Under the pieces are notes generated by a model that saw only the letters and a program-made list of their open reading frames with translations, had not been told where the DNA came from and ran no database searches. A program made the position numbers and the translations under genes. A stretch of 64,000 nt of DNA from Anaerolineaceae bacterium (lineage in GTDB: Bacteria > Chloroflexota > Anaerolineae > Anaerolineales > Anaerolineaceae), in the NCBI GenBank assembly GCA_036825115.1, contig DAISYV010000001.1, positions 11-64,010 on the forward strand, given 5' to 3'. Numbering within the stretch: the stretch's first letter is position 1; every line of letters starts with the position of its first letter. Shown one piece after another: positions 29,336-37,454 of the stretch.

Positions 29336-30320
29336 AAGCAGAATTCAGCAAATCCCAAATATCCGAGCTGTGAAAACTATTGGATGATGCCAATTTTTCT
29401 TCACCTTCTTTGATAACACGGAGGTGACGCAAAACCGCTTCGTTGGTTCTTTTGTCTATGTTAGCCTCAGCAAGTAACTGCGCCATTTGCCCTGCGAGTT
29501 CCGGTGTGATTTGCGAGTTAGCATCCCAGGCTGCCTTGAACGCCGGACAATCTGCCAATCCGAGCAAAATAGGGTAGGTCTTTTTTCGGGTCGTCAGGTC
29601 CGTCAGGTTGGATTTGCCGGTACTGCTTGCGTCTCCCCAGATACCCAGGTAATCATCCTGGATCTGGAAAGCCAGGCCTGCATGCTCGCCAATCTCCCGC
29701 AAAAAACGATCTGTTTTGTCATCCACCCCAGTTAATAATGCGCCAATTCGTAGAGATGCCGAAATCAAGCAAGCCGTTTTTAAACGGATCATTTCAAGAT
29801 ACTCGTCGACAGATACATTTGTTTCAGTTTCAAAGTGCATATCCAGGTATTGCCCTCGGATTACGTCCATGGCTGCCTGACGGAAGACTGTATAGGCTCT
29901 ATCAAAATCGGCAAAAGTCACTGCGCTTTCAACTTCTTGGAAGATATCGTGTGCCATCGTGGACAAGAAATCACCTGTGTTTAAGGCCTGAGCCAGACCA
30001 TAACTCCGCCAGAGGCATTCCCGTCCATGCCGGGTCTCACCCTGATCTTCGATGTCATCATGAACAAGGGTGTAATTGTGCAGCACTTCCATCGCTACCG
30101 CTGCAGGCATCAGGCTTAGAGCCTCTCCGCCAAACATTTGGCTGCTGGTGAGCAGGAGCATTGGACGCAAGCGCTTGCCGGTTTTCGGTGCGGATTCATT
30201 CCAACCGAAGTGATAGCTGACCATGTCATGTAAACCGCGCAAGCTTTCCGGGATGCGGGCAAGCACAAGCTGCTTCAGGCTGGTTTCAAACTGATCTTTT
30301 AACGAGGCGAGGTAGCTCAT
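29310..30320 (-). CDS. polyprenyl (geranylgeranyl) diphosphate synthase
   Basis: First Asp-rich motif LVHDDIEDQ and second QIQDDYLG. Confidence 0.88.
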   Translation of the reverse strand: MSYLASLKDQFETSLKQLVLARIPESLRGLHDMVSYHFGWNESAPKTGKRLRPMLLLTSSQMFGGEALSLMPAAVAMEVLHNYTLVHDDIEDQGETRHGRECLWRSYGLAQALNTGDFLSTMAHDIFQEVESAVTFADFDRAYTVFRQAAMDVIRGQYLDMHFETETNVSVDEYLEMIRLKTACLISASLRIGALLTGVDDKTDRFLREIGEHAGLAFQIQDDYLGIWGDASSTGKSNLTDLTTRKKTYPILLGLADCPAFKAAWDANSQITPELAGQMAQLLAEANIDKRTNEAVLRHLRVIKEGEEKLASSNSFHSSDIWDLLNSAFRPTFASS

Positions 30321-31357
30321 AGGCGCTCAATGCCTTCCAGGTGGCTGATATTCCACTCTGAGAGGCTGCTCACCCCACTAGCAAACATAGCTGCGTGGAG
30401 TTCTGTCTTGATTGTCTCGATCTGGTTGATCAGTTCTTGCTCGCCAATGTTTGCGGCAAGCAGGAATTTGCGAGCAAATCCGCCCAGTCTGGCGCCAAGG
30501 GCAAGAGATTTAGCAAGGTCCACACCATCTCTCAAGCCTCCAGAAGCGAAGATAAGCGGATTACCCTCGAGGTTTCGCAGTTGTAACAAGTTCAGGACAG
30601 TAGGAATGCCCCAATCGCTGAAGGCTGCGTTGACAGAGGCTTTCAGGGGATCAGGCTGGCGATACATTTCCACTTTCGCCCAGGAAGTTCCTCCCGCTCC
30701 AGCAACATCGATACCAGCGACGCCAGCATCTAAAAGCTGTTGCGCGGTTTCAAGACCAATTCCCCAGCCAACTTCTTTGACTAAAACAGGAACGGATAGA
30801 GAGCGGCAAACCTGTTCGATTTTGGGGAGCAAGCCGGAGAAATCGTGGTTGCCTTCCGGCTGTAAAGCCTCTTGCAAGGGGTTGAGGTGCAGGTAAAGCG
30901 CGTCCGCCTCAAGCATATCCACGGCTTTTTTGTACTCGTCAATTCCATAGCCATAATTGAGCTGAACAGCGCCAAGATTGGCAAAAATCAAGGTGTGTGG
31001 AGCAAATTTGCGGATGTTGAAGGACTCGGCTAGCTCCGGGTTTTCAATAGCCGCCCGTTGAGAACCAACCCCCATGGCGATTCCGCACTGCTCTGCCGCC
31101 AAAGCGAGGGTACGGTTGAAGGCTTCACCAGCAGCCGTGCCGCCTGTCATGGAAGAGATCAGGATCGGAGCTGAAAGTGGTTTTTTGAAAAGGATCAATG
31201 ATGTGTCGACGCGTTCAAAATTCAACTCTGGCAGAGCATTATGCTTTAGATCAATCTTTTCAAAACCGGTTGAGATAGAGGACTGTACATCCTGCTCAAG
31301 GTTGATCTCCAAATGATCATTTTTTCGTTGTGGAAGAAGCGCATCTTTTTTCATCAT
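30317..31357 (-). CDS. fni: type 2 isopentenyl-diphosphate delta-isomerase (FMN-dependent)
   Basis: 346 aa TIM barrel with SSMTGG, VKEVGWG, AGAGGTSW and SGGLRDG. Confidence 0.88.
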   Translation of the reverse strand: MMKKDALLPQRKNDHLEINLEQDVQSSISTGFEKIDLKHNALPELNFERVDTSLILFKKPLSAPILISSMTGGTAAGEAFNRTLALAAEQCGIAMGVGSQRAAIENPELAESFNIRKFAPHTLIFANLGAVQLNYGYGIDEYKKAVDMLEADALYLHLNPLQEALQPEGNHDFSGLLPKIEQVCRSLSVPVLVKEVGWGIGLETAQQLLDAGVAGIDVAGAGGTSWAKVEMYRQPDPLKASVNAAFSDWGIPTVLNLLQLRNLEGNPLIFASGGLRDGVDLAKSLALGARLGGFARKFLLAANIGEQELINQIETIKTELHAAMFASGVSSLSEWNISHLEGIERL

Positions 31358-31425
31358 AAAGTGTTATAGTAGAGGCTACAAAAAATGTCAAATTAGTTAA
31401 GGTCATTATAACAATAGAGGTAAAA

Positions 31426-31668
31426 ATGGAACAAAACGAAATCTTCGAAGCAGTCAAGACAGTAGTAATGGATGTCCTGAAAATTGATGGGGATGATATC
31501 ACGCTCGAAACCCGTTTCATCGAGGATCTCAAGGCTGATTCGATGGATCAGTTCTTCCTGATCGATGGATTCTGCGAGAAATTTGATGTCAATATTTCAG
31601 ATGAGGACGCCAGAAATATTCACTCAGTCGGGGACGCAGTGAAAGCCATCGAAGCAAACAAACAATAA
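31426..31668 (+). CDS. acyl carrier protein
   Basis: 80 aa with the DLKADSMD phosphopantetheine-Ser motif. Confidence 0.8.
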   Translation: MEQNEIFEAVKTVVMDVLKIDGDDITLETRFIEDLKADSMDQFFLIDGFCEKFDVNISDEDARNIHSVGDAVKAIEANKQ

Positions 31669-31690
31669 ATTACGAAAAGGCAAACTACAG

Positions 31691-31724
31691 AGGCATTCCA
31701 GAATATGGGATGCCTTTTGTATTT
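31691..31724 (+). terminator. rho-independent terminator after the ACP gene
   Basis: AGGCATTCC-agaatat-GGGATGCCT followed by TTTTGTATTT. Confidence 0.75.
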
Positions 31725-31770
31725 AATCTATTCAACAAATTACGTTTTCACACAACTCCTTTACAAAGAA

Positions 31771-31799
31771 TTTACCTCTTGTGTGCAGATAGGTAGAAT
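31771..31799 (+). promoter_or_regulatory. sigma70-like promoter (-35 TTTACC, 17-nt spacer, -10 TAGAAT)
   Basis: Read directly from the sequence, upstream of ATG 31818, with the SD GAGGT. Confidence 0.5.
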
Positions 31800-31817
31800 G
31801 ACATTAGTGAGGTAGCT

Positions 31818-32270
31818 ATGTCTGAAAATAAGCAAAATAAATCCAAAAGTACTGCTTCGGATTGGTCGGACGAAGAGAAAGCGGCCATGCAGGAGCGAGC
31901 CAAAGAGCTGAAAGCTGAAAAGGCAAACCGAAACAGGGCAAGTGATGAGCAAGCTGTGATGGAAAAGATCGGCGAAATGCCTGAAGCTGAGCGGGCAATA
32001 GCAACAAGATTGCACGAGATGATCAAACAGAAGTTTCCCGCGTTATACGCGAAAACATGGTACGGAATGCCTGCTTACCAGCTTGACGGGAAGACCCTGA
32101 TCTTTTTCCAAAGCGCGCATCGTTTTGGTTCAAGGTACAGTACTTTAGCCTTTAGCGATACTGCAAAGCTGGATGATGGTCCGTTTTGGGCTACTTCATA
32201 CGCGTTGCTTGAAATGGATACCACGGTTGAAGCGAAGGTTCGCGATCTAATCCGGAAGGCGATCGGTTAA
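31818..32270 (+). CDS. DUF1801/YdhG-like domain protein
   Basis: C-terminal two-thirds resembles YdhG-like proteins (WYGMPAY..GKTLIFFQSA); lysine/glutamate-rich N-terminal extension. Confidence 0.55.
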   Translation: MSENKQNKSKSTASDWSDEEKAAMQERAKELKAEKANRNRASDEQAVMEKIGEMPEAERAIATRLHEMIKQKFPALYAKTWYGMPAYQLDGKTLIFFQSAHRFGSRYSTLAFSDTAKLDDGPFWATSYALLEMDTTVEAKVRDLIRKAIG

Positions 32271-32304
32271 AAAAAGTGGCTGGTAACAAAAACCAGCCAC
32301 TTTT
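32271..32304. terminator. bidirectional rho-independent terminator between convergent genes
   Basis: AAAAA-GTGGCTGGT-aacaaaa-ACCAGCCAC-TTTT. Confidence 0.85.
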
Positions 32305-32320
32305 GCTAAATTAACACGAA

Positions 32321-33370
32321 TTAACCGCGCAGATATTCCTGCAAGGATTCTTTGCTCACACGGAAAGCGCTGCCGATCTTGCGCGCTTTGAGTTCCCCGG
32401 CGTTGATGGCTGCGAGCACATCTTCTTCCGAGACCTTGAGGAAACCAGCAGCTTCGGCGGGTGTCATGATGTCAGGCATACCAGTGGCAGCTGCGGGAGC
32501 TGTCGGCTGAGTTTGAGACTGACCCTGAGTCATGCCAGCAAGCGATCCGGACAGGACGTTACCAATTCCCATACCAGCGCCAATTCCGGCTGTAAGACCC
32601 GCTCCACCTGAGGGGTTCTGGGCGGCGTCGCGCATGGCATCGGCAGCCTGTAGCTGGGTGTAGGTTTGCATGTCGAGCATGCCCATTTCGCGCAGTTCCT
32701 TAGCGGACTTGTCAGAAGGCTTGAGATTGCCAATATAGAACGATTTCAACAGTAAGCCGATTGCCAGGAAGTCATCCTGTGCTTTCGCGCGTACACCAGC
32801 CCCAAGTTCATCGGTGAGGCCGATCAGGTCGAGCACGTTCTTTTGGGTAGTAGTCTCACCGAGCAGATCTTGCAAGCGTGAGAGCAGCATGGTGCGAAGA
32901 CGGTTTTCAATGTCCGATGTTCGATATGCGCCAAGTTGACCAACGATCTGGGTTACAAATTGCTGCGGATCTGTGACCTGGAAGCTATAGGTGCCAAAAC
33001 CCTGCAGAAGGGCAATGCCTAGCCCAACACCAGTGTTGCGGACAATGATCGGTTGTGGGGTGCCCCATTTGCGATCAGCAAATTCACGCATGGAAACGAA
33101 GTAGATCTCAGCAGTGAATGGGGTTCGATCTCCAAATAGCTTACCCAGCAGGTCGGTCAGTAGTGGCACGTTTGCAGTGGTGATCGTGTGTCGTCCAGGA
33201 CCAAGCACGTCCAGTGCCCGTCCGTCGCGGAAGAAGACCGCCGCCTGGGATTCGCGGACAATTACCTGTGAGCCAAAACGGAGATCAGCAACACCGGTTT
33301 CGGGAAAACGATGTACCAACTCATCAGCCATCTCGCTGGGATATTCAACAACATCAAATACTCTTGCCAT
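32321..33370 (-). CDS. SPFH/band-7 (YdjI-like) protein with Gly-rich hydrophobic segment and C-terminal excisionase-type HTH
   Basis: The N-terminal ~270 aa resemble YdjI-type SPFH proteins (VFDVVEYPSEMADELVHRFPE..QVIVRESQAAVFFRDG). They are followed by GGAGLTAGIGAGMGIGNVLSG. The C-terminus MTPAEAAGFLKVSEEDVLAAINAGELKARKIGSAFRV is a Xis/MerR-type HTH signature. Confidence 0.7.
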   Translation of the reverse strand: MARVFDVVEYPSEMADELVHRFPETGVADLRFGSQVIVRESQAAVFFRDGRALDVLGPGRHTITTANVPLLTDLLGKLFGDRTPFTAEIYFVSMREFADRKWGTPQPIIVRNTGVGLGIALLQGFGTYSFQVTDPQQFVTQIVGQLGAYRTSDIENRLRTMLLSRLQDLLGETTTQKNVLDLIGLTDELGAGVRAKAQDDFLAIGLLLKSFYIGNLKPSDKSAKELREMGMLDMQTYTQLQAADAMRDAAQNPSGGAGLTAGIGAGMGIGNVLSGSLAGMTQGQSQTQPTAPAAATGMPDIMTPAEAAGFLKVSEEDVLAAINAGELKARKIGSAFRVSKESLQEYLRG

Positions 33371-33402
33371 ATTATTCCTCCAAGAATTCCTGAACTAATT
33401 TA

Positions 33403-33921
33403 TTATGCGATGCCTTTTAGGGCATTAGAACGCTTGTTGAATAGATCAACGCATTCCTGACTGACTGAGACTAAGTGCCGGAGTGCGGCAGGCAAACCGT
33501 CTGTTCCAATGGAAGATTCGACATTGTCAATTGCAGCCGATACGGTAGCGCCTTTTTCCAACAAGGTGGCATCGTATTGGTAGATATTTGACAATTCTTC
33601 CTCTTTGATTTTGATCGCATCAAATAAACCCGCATAACCATAGGATGCGGTTCGGACGCGATCAATAAACTGACGCAGCTTGATGGCAGCGTTTTCGAGG
33701 TCATCAATGTAAGCCAAGCCACCTTGTGAAATTAAATCGCGCTGCAAACCTGAAATGCGCTGGTAATGCGCTTCATATTCGTTAGCGATAGTCTCCCGCA
33801 GTAACTTGTCGGAAAGCCGGCGATCGCCTCGCTCGACATAACCCTTAAAACCCGGTATCTTGGAAAGTAACTTTTTTAATGGGTCGCGATCCTCAGACAC
33901 TTTATCAAAAATATCACTCAT
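33403..33921 (-). CDS. hypothetical soluble all-helical protein, upstream partner of the SPFH-HTH gene
   Basis: 172 aa with no TM and coiled-coil-like composition. It lies 32 nt upstream of the SPFH gene on the same strand. Confidence 0.55.
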   Translation of the reverse strand: MSDIFDKVSEDRDPLKKLLSKIPGFKGYVERGDRRLSDKLLRETIANEYEAHYQRISGLQRDLISQGGLAYIDDLENAAIKLRQFIDRVRTASYGYAGLFDAIKIKEEELSNIYQYDATLLEKGATVSAAIDNVESSIGTDGLPAALRHLVSVSQECVDLFNKRSNALKGIA

Positions 33922-33997
33922 GTTGCTCCTTTTCTTTCTACGAACTACAGAATAATCTTAGATGTTTTATTTCAGACTGGCAATAGATTATCTAAGG

Positions 33998-34026
33998 TTC
34001 TCACGGATTTATAAAAACATTATAAT
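33998..34026 (+). promoter_or_regulatory. sigma70-like promoter (-35 TTCTCA, 17-nt spacer, -10 TATAAT)
   Basis: Read directly from the sequence, 30 nt upstream of the micro-ORF ATG. Confidence 0.5.
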
Positions 34027-34055
34027 GGATAAAACCGTTTTCATAGGAGGTTTGT

Positions 34056-34196
34056 ATGGCTTCAGGATCGGGAAATCGCCTGGGACCCCTGGAATATTTT
34101 CTGATTATCATCCTAATTCTGATGATTCTATTTACCTTGCTGTCCATCTTTTGGCCTGCCATACAACTTTTTTACCAAAACACCTTCGCTAATTAA
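34056..34196 (+). CDS. unlisted 46-aa single-pass membrane micro-protein, translationally coupled to comFC
   Basis: AGGAGG lies 5 nt upstream of ATG 34056. Translation: MASGSGNRLGPLEYFLIIILILMILFTLLSIFWPAIQLFYQNTFAN. Its stop TAA overlaps the comFC ATG (TAATG). Confidence 0.55.
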   Translation: MASGSGNRLGPLEYFLIIILILMILFTLLSIFWPAIQLFYQNTFAN

Positions 34197-34921
34197 TGGA
34201 TATTCCTAAAAAGAGAAGACAATTTCCGGACTGGATGTGGAACGCAATTGATTGGGTTTTTCCTCCACATTGCCTCGGATGTGGTGTTGAGGGTGAAATA
34301 ATTTGCTCTGACTGTTACGCTACCATCAAGCGCGTTCCGTCCAACGTCTGCCCTTATTGCAACGCTTACGTCAGCACGAGCGGTCACTGTCCAAATTGTG
34401 GGAATCGCAAGCCAGCTTACTCAAAATTCCGGGCGTTTGCCTTTTATGGTGGCGTGATCAGAGAAGCAGTTCATCATTTGAAATATCAGAACGATATCGG
34501 CATTGCACGGATTTTAGCTGGCTACCTGCTCAAAGTAATCCAGGCGGAAACTTGGGAGTTTGACCTTGTTATCCCAGTTCCACTTTCTAGAAGTAAAGAG
34601 GAACAGCGTGGCTACAACCAGGCTGAGCGGCTTGCCAGACCCGTAGCGGAAGCTCTCAAGGTTCCAATTTCGACAGAGGGACTTAAGCGGATAAGAGAAA
34701 AGGCTTCCCAGGTGGATTTGGATGTGAATTCGCGCAGGGAAAATGTGCGCGGTGTGTTTGAGGCAGATCCTGCGATTGTAAAGGGTAAGCGCATTTTGCT
34801 GATAGATGATGTTTTCACGACCGGAGCTACTCTCGAATCAGCCTCACAAGCTCTCAAGGACGCAAATTCCGGTCTCATTTATTGCGTCACGGTTGGCAAG
34901 TCAGATTTCAATGTTAATTAA
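34196..34921 (+). CDS. comFC: ComF family protein (ComFC, phosphoribosyltransferase-like with N-terminal zinc ribbon)
   Basis: CLGCG..CSDC..CPYC..CPNC cysteines and the PRTase motif ILLIDDVFTTGAT. Confidence 0.85.
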   Translation: MDIPKKRRQFPDWMWNAIDWVFPPHCLGCGVEGEIICSDCYATIKRVPSNVCPYCNAYVSTSGHCPNCGNRKPAYSKFRAFAFYGGVIREAVHHLKYQNDIGIARILAGYLLKVIQAETWEFDLVIPVPLSRSKEEQRGYNQAERLARPVAEALKVPISTEGLKRIREKASQVDLDVNSRRENVRGVFEADPAIVKGKRILLIDDVFTTGATLESASQALKDANSGLIYCVTVGKSDFNVN

Positions 34922-34978
34922 ATTTTCGTTCCAATAACATATCATGTATAATTCCATAAAATCATCCAGGAGGTTCCC

Positions 34979-35533
34979 ATGGCTCTACATATGGATATTT
35001 ACACTAAAGACCTTGATTTGACCGACCGAATCAAGGAATACGCAACTAAAAAAGTCGGCAAGCTGGATAAGTTCCTCAGTGATATAGGCGAATGCCGTGT
35101 AGATTTGGGGTATGCCAAGACCGCACGGAATGCATCAGATCGCTTTATCGCCCAGGTAACCATTCGGGGAAGGGGCTTCATCCTTCGTTCAGAAGAAAGG
35201 GCAGACAGTATCTACGCAGCGATTGATGCGACGGTAGACAAAATGACCCGGCAGATCGAGCGATTCAAGGGCAAGCATTGGCGCAAACGTGGTCCAGAGA
35301 CTGCTGAAGTAACTCCGGCAGAAGAAGTTGATGAGGAAGAAGCAGTACCAATGATTGTCCGAAGGAAAACCTTCACCCTGACTCCCATGGACGAACAGGA
35401 AGCGCTGGAACAATTGCAGCTGCTTGGTCACGAAGATTTCTTTGTGTTCTACAATGCCGATACTTCAAAGATCAATGTCTTGTATCGGCGCCGTGATGGA
35501 ACCTACGGTCTGATTGATCCAATTGTTGGTTAA
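34979..35533 (+). CDS. hpf: ribosome hibernation promoting factor (long HPF)
   Basis: The RaiA/YfiA N-domain plus the C-terminal dimerisation domain (FTLTPMDEQEALEQLQLLGHEDFFVFYN); SD AGGAGG. Confidence 0.9.
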   Translation: MALHMDIYTKDLDLTDRIKEYATKKVGKLDKFLSDIGECRVDLGYAKTARNASDRFIAQVTIRGRGFILRSEERADSIYAAIDATVDKMTRQIERFKGKHWRKRGPETAEVTPAEEVDEEEAVPMIVRRKTFTLTPMDEQEALEQLQLLGHEDFFVFYNADTSKINVLYRRRDGTYGLIDPIVG

Positions 35534-35551
35534 TCTAGAATGTTAGTTAAG

Positions 35552-35579
35552 ACATGCAGTCCCACATGGGACTGCATGT
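35552..35579 (+). terminator. strong 12-bp hairpin after hpf (terminator or stabiliser; no clear U-tract)
   Basis: ACATGCAGTCCC-acat-GGGACTGCATGT. Confidence 0.45.
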
Positions 35580-35609
35580 GCGTTAAAATAAGTTTAGGAG
35601 TACAAAAAC

Positions 35610-36227
35610 ATGACTTACGAAGATGATGACGATTTCGTTGCTGCCCCAGGTCTTGATGGGGATTTTTCCTTCAATTTGCCTTCCATCGAAAATTCTGTTA
35701 GCGAGATTCTGAAAGCAGTTGGCGAAGATCCTGGACGCGAAGGATTGATACGAACACCAGAGCGAGTCGCAAGAGCCTACCAGGAAATCCTGGGAGGTTA
35801 TCAGACCGATCCCGCAAAACTTGTTAATGGAGCATTGTTCAACGTCGACTACGATGAAATGGTCATTGTCAAGGATATTGAATATTTCAGCTTATGTGAA
35901 CATCACATGTTGCCATTCTTTGGAAGAGCCCACGTTGCGTACGTGCCCAAAGGGAAGGTTATTGGGCTTTCCAAGATTCCCCGAATTGTGGATATGTTCG
36001 CTCACAGGTTGCAAGTTCAGGAACGGATGACGCAACAAATTGCGGAGTTTATTCAAGAAGTGGTCAATCCATGGGGTGTTGGCGTAGTAATCGAAGGGCA
36101 GCATTTGTGTATGATGATGCGCGGGATCAAAAAAGAACAGGCAAAAATGACTACGTCGGCGATGCTGGGTGGATTTAGAAAACGCCTGGAAACCAGGATG
36201 GAGTTCCTGAACCGGATCTCTAACTAA
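35610..36227 (+). CDS. folE: GTP cyclohydrolase I
   Basis: [13 protein letters not shown], with QVQERMT downstream. Confidence 0.93.
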   Translation: MTYEDDDDFVAAPGLDGDFSFNLPSIENSVSEILKAVGEDPGREGLIRTPERVARAYQEILGGYQTDPAKLVNGALFNVDYDEMVIVKDIEYFSLCEHHMLPFFGRAHVAYVPKGKVIGLSKIPRIVDMFAHRLQVQERMTQQIAEFIQEVVNPWGVGVVIEGQHLCMMMRGIKKEQAKMTTSAMLGGFRKRLETRMEFLNRISN

Positions 36228-36589
36228 TAGCTTTCCGTTTCTGCTTTACGAAATATTTCGACTCCCACACGTGAAGTGTTGGCCACGAAGTCCGGTTTTT
36301 CAATCCGGATGGTTAACGCTCTCACGCCTGACCATTTAAGCAGCATTTTGGCTAAGTCTTCAGCCAGGGCTTCAAGTGTGTAGAACTGGGTTTCAGCCAC
36401 ACGAGCAATGACAGACTTGGCTACGGTTGAATAACTGATAGTATCCTTGATATTGTCAGTCAATCCAGCTGGTTTAAGATCTGTCAAAAGAGTGATATTG
36501 ACCAATAGAGTCTGCGGTTGATCTCGTTCAGGGGACTTTATGCCGACTATCCCAGTAGCACGTAAATCAGTGATGATGATCTTGTCCAT
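36224..36589 (-). CDS. folB: dihydroneopterin aldolase
   Basis: 121 aa with [24 protein letters not shown] typical of the FolB tunnel fold. Confidence 0.8.
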   Translation of the reverse strand: MDKIIITDLRATGIVGIKSPERDQPQTLLVNITLLTDLKPAGLTDNIKDTISYSTVAKSVIARVAETQFYTLEALAEDLAKMLLKWSGVRALTIRIEKPDFVANTSRVGVEIFRKAETESY

Positions 36590-36600
36590 AAAGACCTGTT

Positions 36601-37332
36601 CTAGATGAACTCCCCACCGTCAACACGGATTACATGCCCGGTCATGAAATCCTGACTTAAGATATGCAGCACATTCTGGGCTATGATCTCTGGACTGCCA
36701 ATTTGCCGTAAGGGGATCTGTCGGTCTGCCACAACCTGCAAGTCTATATGTTCAAATCCCTGCAATGGCAGCATCGTACCTGGCGCAATTGCGTTCACAG
36801 TAATATTTGGCGCTAATTCCAGGGCAAACATAGCCGTAATAGCATTGATTGCTTGTTTTGTGACCCGATAGCTGAAGTGATCCGTTCCATAGCGAAAAAC
36901 TTTTGAGTCACTGATGTTAATCACCTTTCCTTGCATATCGCGAGGAAGTTGTTGCGCAAAAGCCGAAATCAATAACCAGGCAGAAAAGAGATTCACATTG
37001 AACACCCGGCTAATTTTTTCAGGTGTAGCAGACTTTCCATTACCCGAAGGATAGATGCCCGCATTATTGATCAAAATGTCAATATGACCAAATTCTGAGC
37101 AAACTCGACCCATCAGGTCCTGGACATGATTTATGTCTTCCAGGTCTTGCTGGAAAACATGGGCTTTTGTGCCCATTTTTTCAAGATCGGATTTGACCTT
37201 TGCAACTGATTCAACGGAAGAATTGTAATGAAGAGCCAGATTGCAACCTGCTTTGCCAAGCGCGAGGGCAATTGCCCGCCCAAGGCGAATACCACTACCG
37301 GTGACTAAAGCATTCTTACCTTTCAGGTCCAT
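36601..37332 (-). CDS. SDR family oxidoreductase, pteridine-reductase-like by context
   Basis: TGSGIRLGRAIA and YRVTKQAI (Y-x3-K). ATG 37332 has the SD AAGGTGA; track start 37482 adds an implausible 50 aa. Confidence 0.75.
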   Translation of the reverse strand: MDLKGKNALVTGSGIRLGRAIALALGKAGCNLALHYNSSVESVAKVKSDLEKMGTKAHVFQQDLEDINHVQDLMGRVCSEFGHIDILINNAGIYPSGNGKSATPEKISRVFNVNLFSAWLLISAFAQQLPRDMQGKVINISDSKVFRYGTDHFSYRVTKQAINAITAMFALELAPNITVNAIAPGTMLPLQGFEHIDLQVVADRQIPLRQIGSPEIIAQNVLHILSQDFMTGHVIRVDGGEFI

Positions 37333-37408
37333 GATTCGTTCACCTTTCTTTGATAGGTAACCTATCCTTACTAATCTAACATTATTTATGCCGATCCCCT
37401 TAATTCGA

Positions 37409-37417
37409 TGGTAGAAT
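37409..37417 (+). promoter_or_regulatory. extended -10 promoter TGGTAGAAT for tkt
   Basis: Lies 37 nt upstream of ATG 37455, which has the SD TAGGAGGT. Confidence 0.5.
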
Positions 37418-37454
37418 TTTATCATCCCTAAACAAAAATAGTAGGAGGTCGTAC

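Noticed and set aside
35534-35609. Possible THF/ZTP/preQ1-type riboswitch upstream of folE
   Set aside because: Only one perfect 12-bp hairpin is present (35552-35579), and none of the conserved riboswitch cores I know. It is more simply the hpf terminator or stabiliser, followed by the folE SD.
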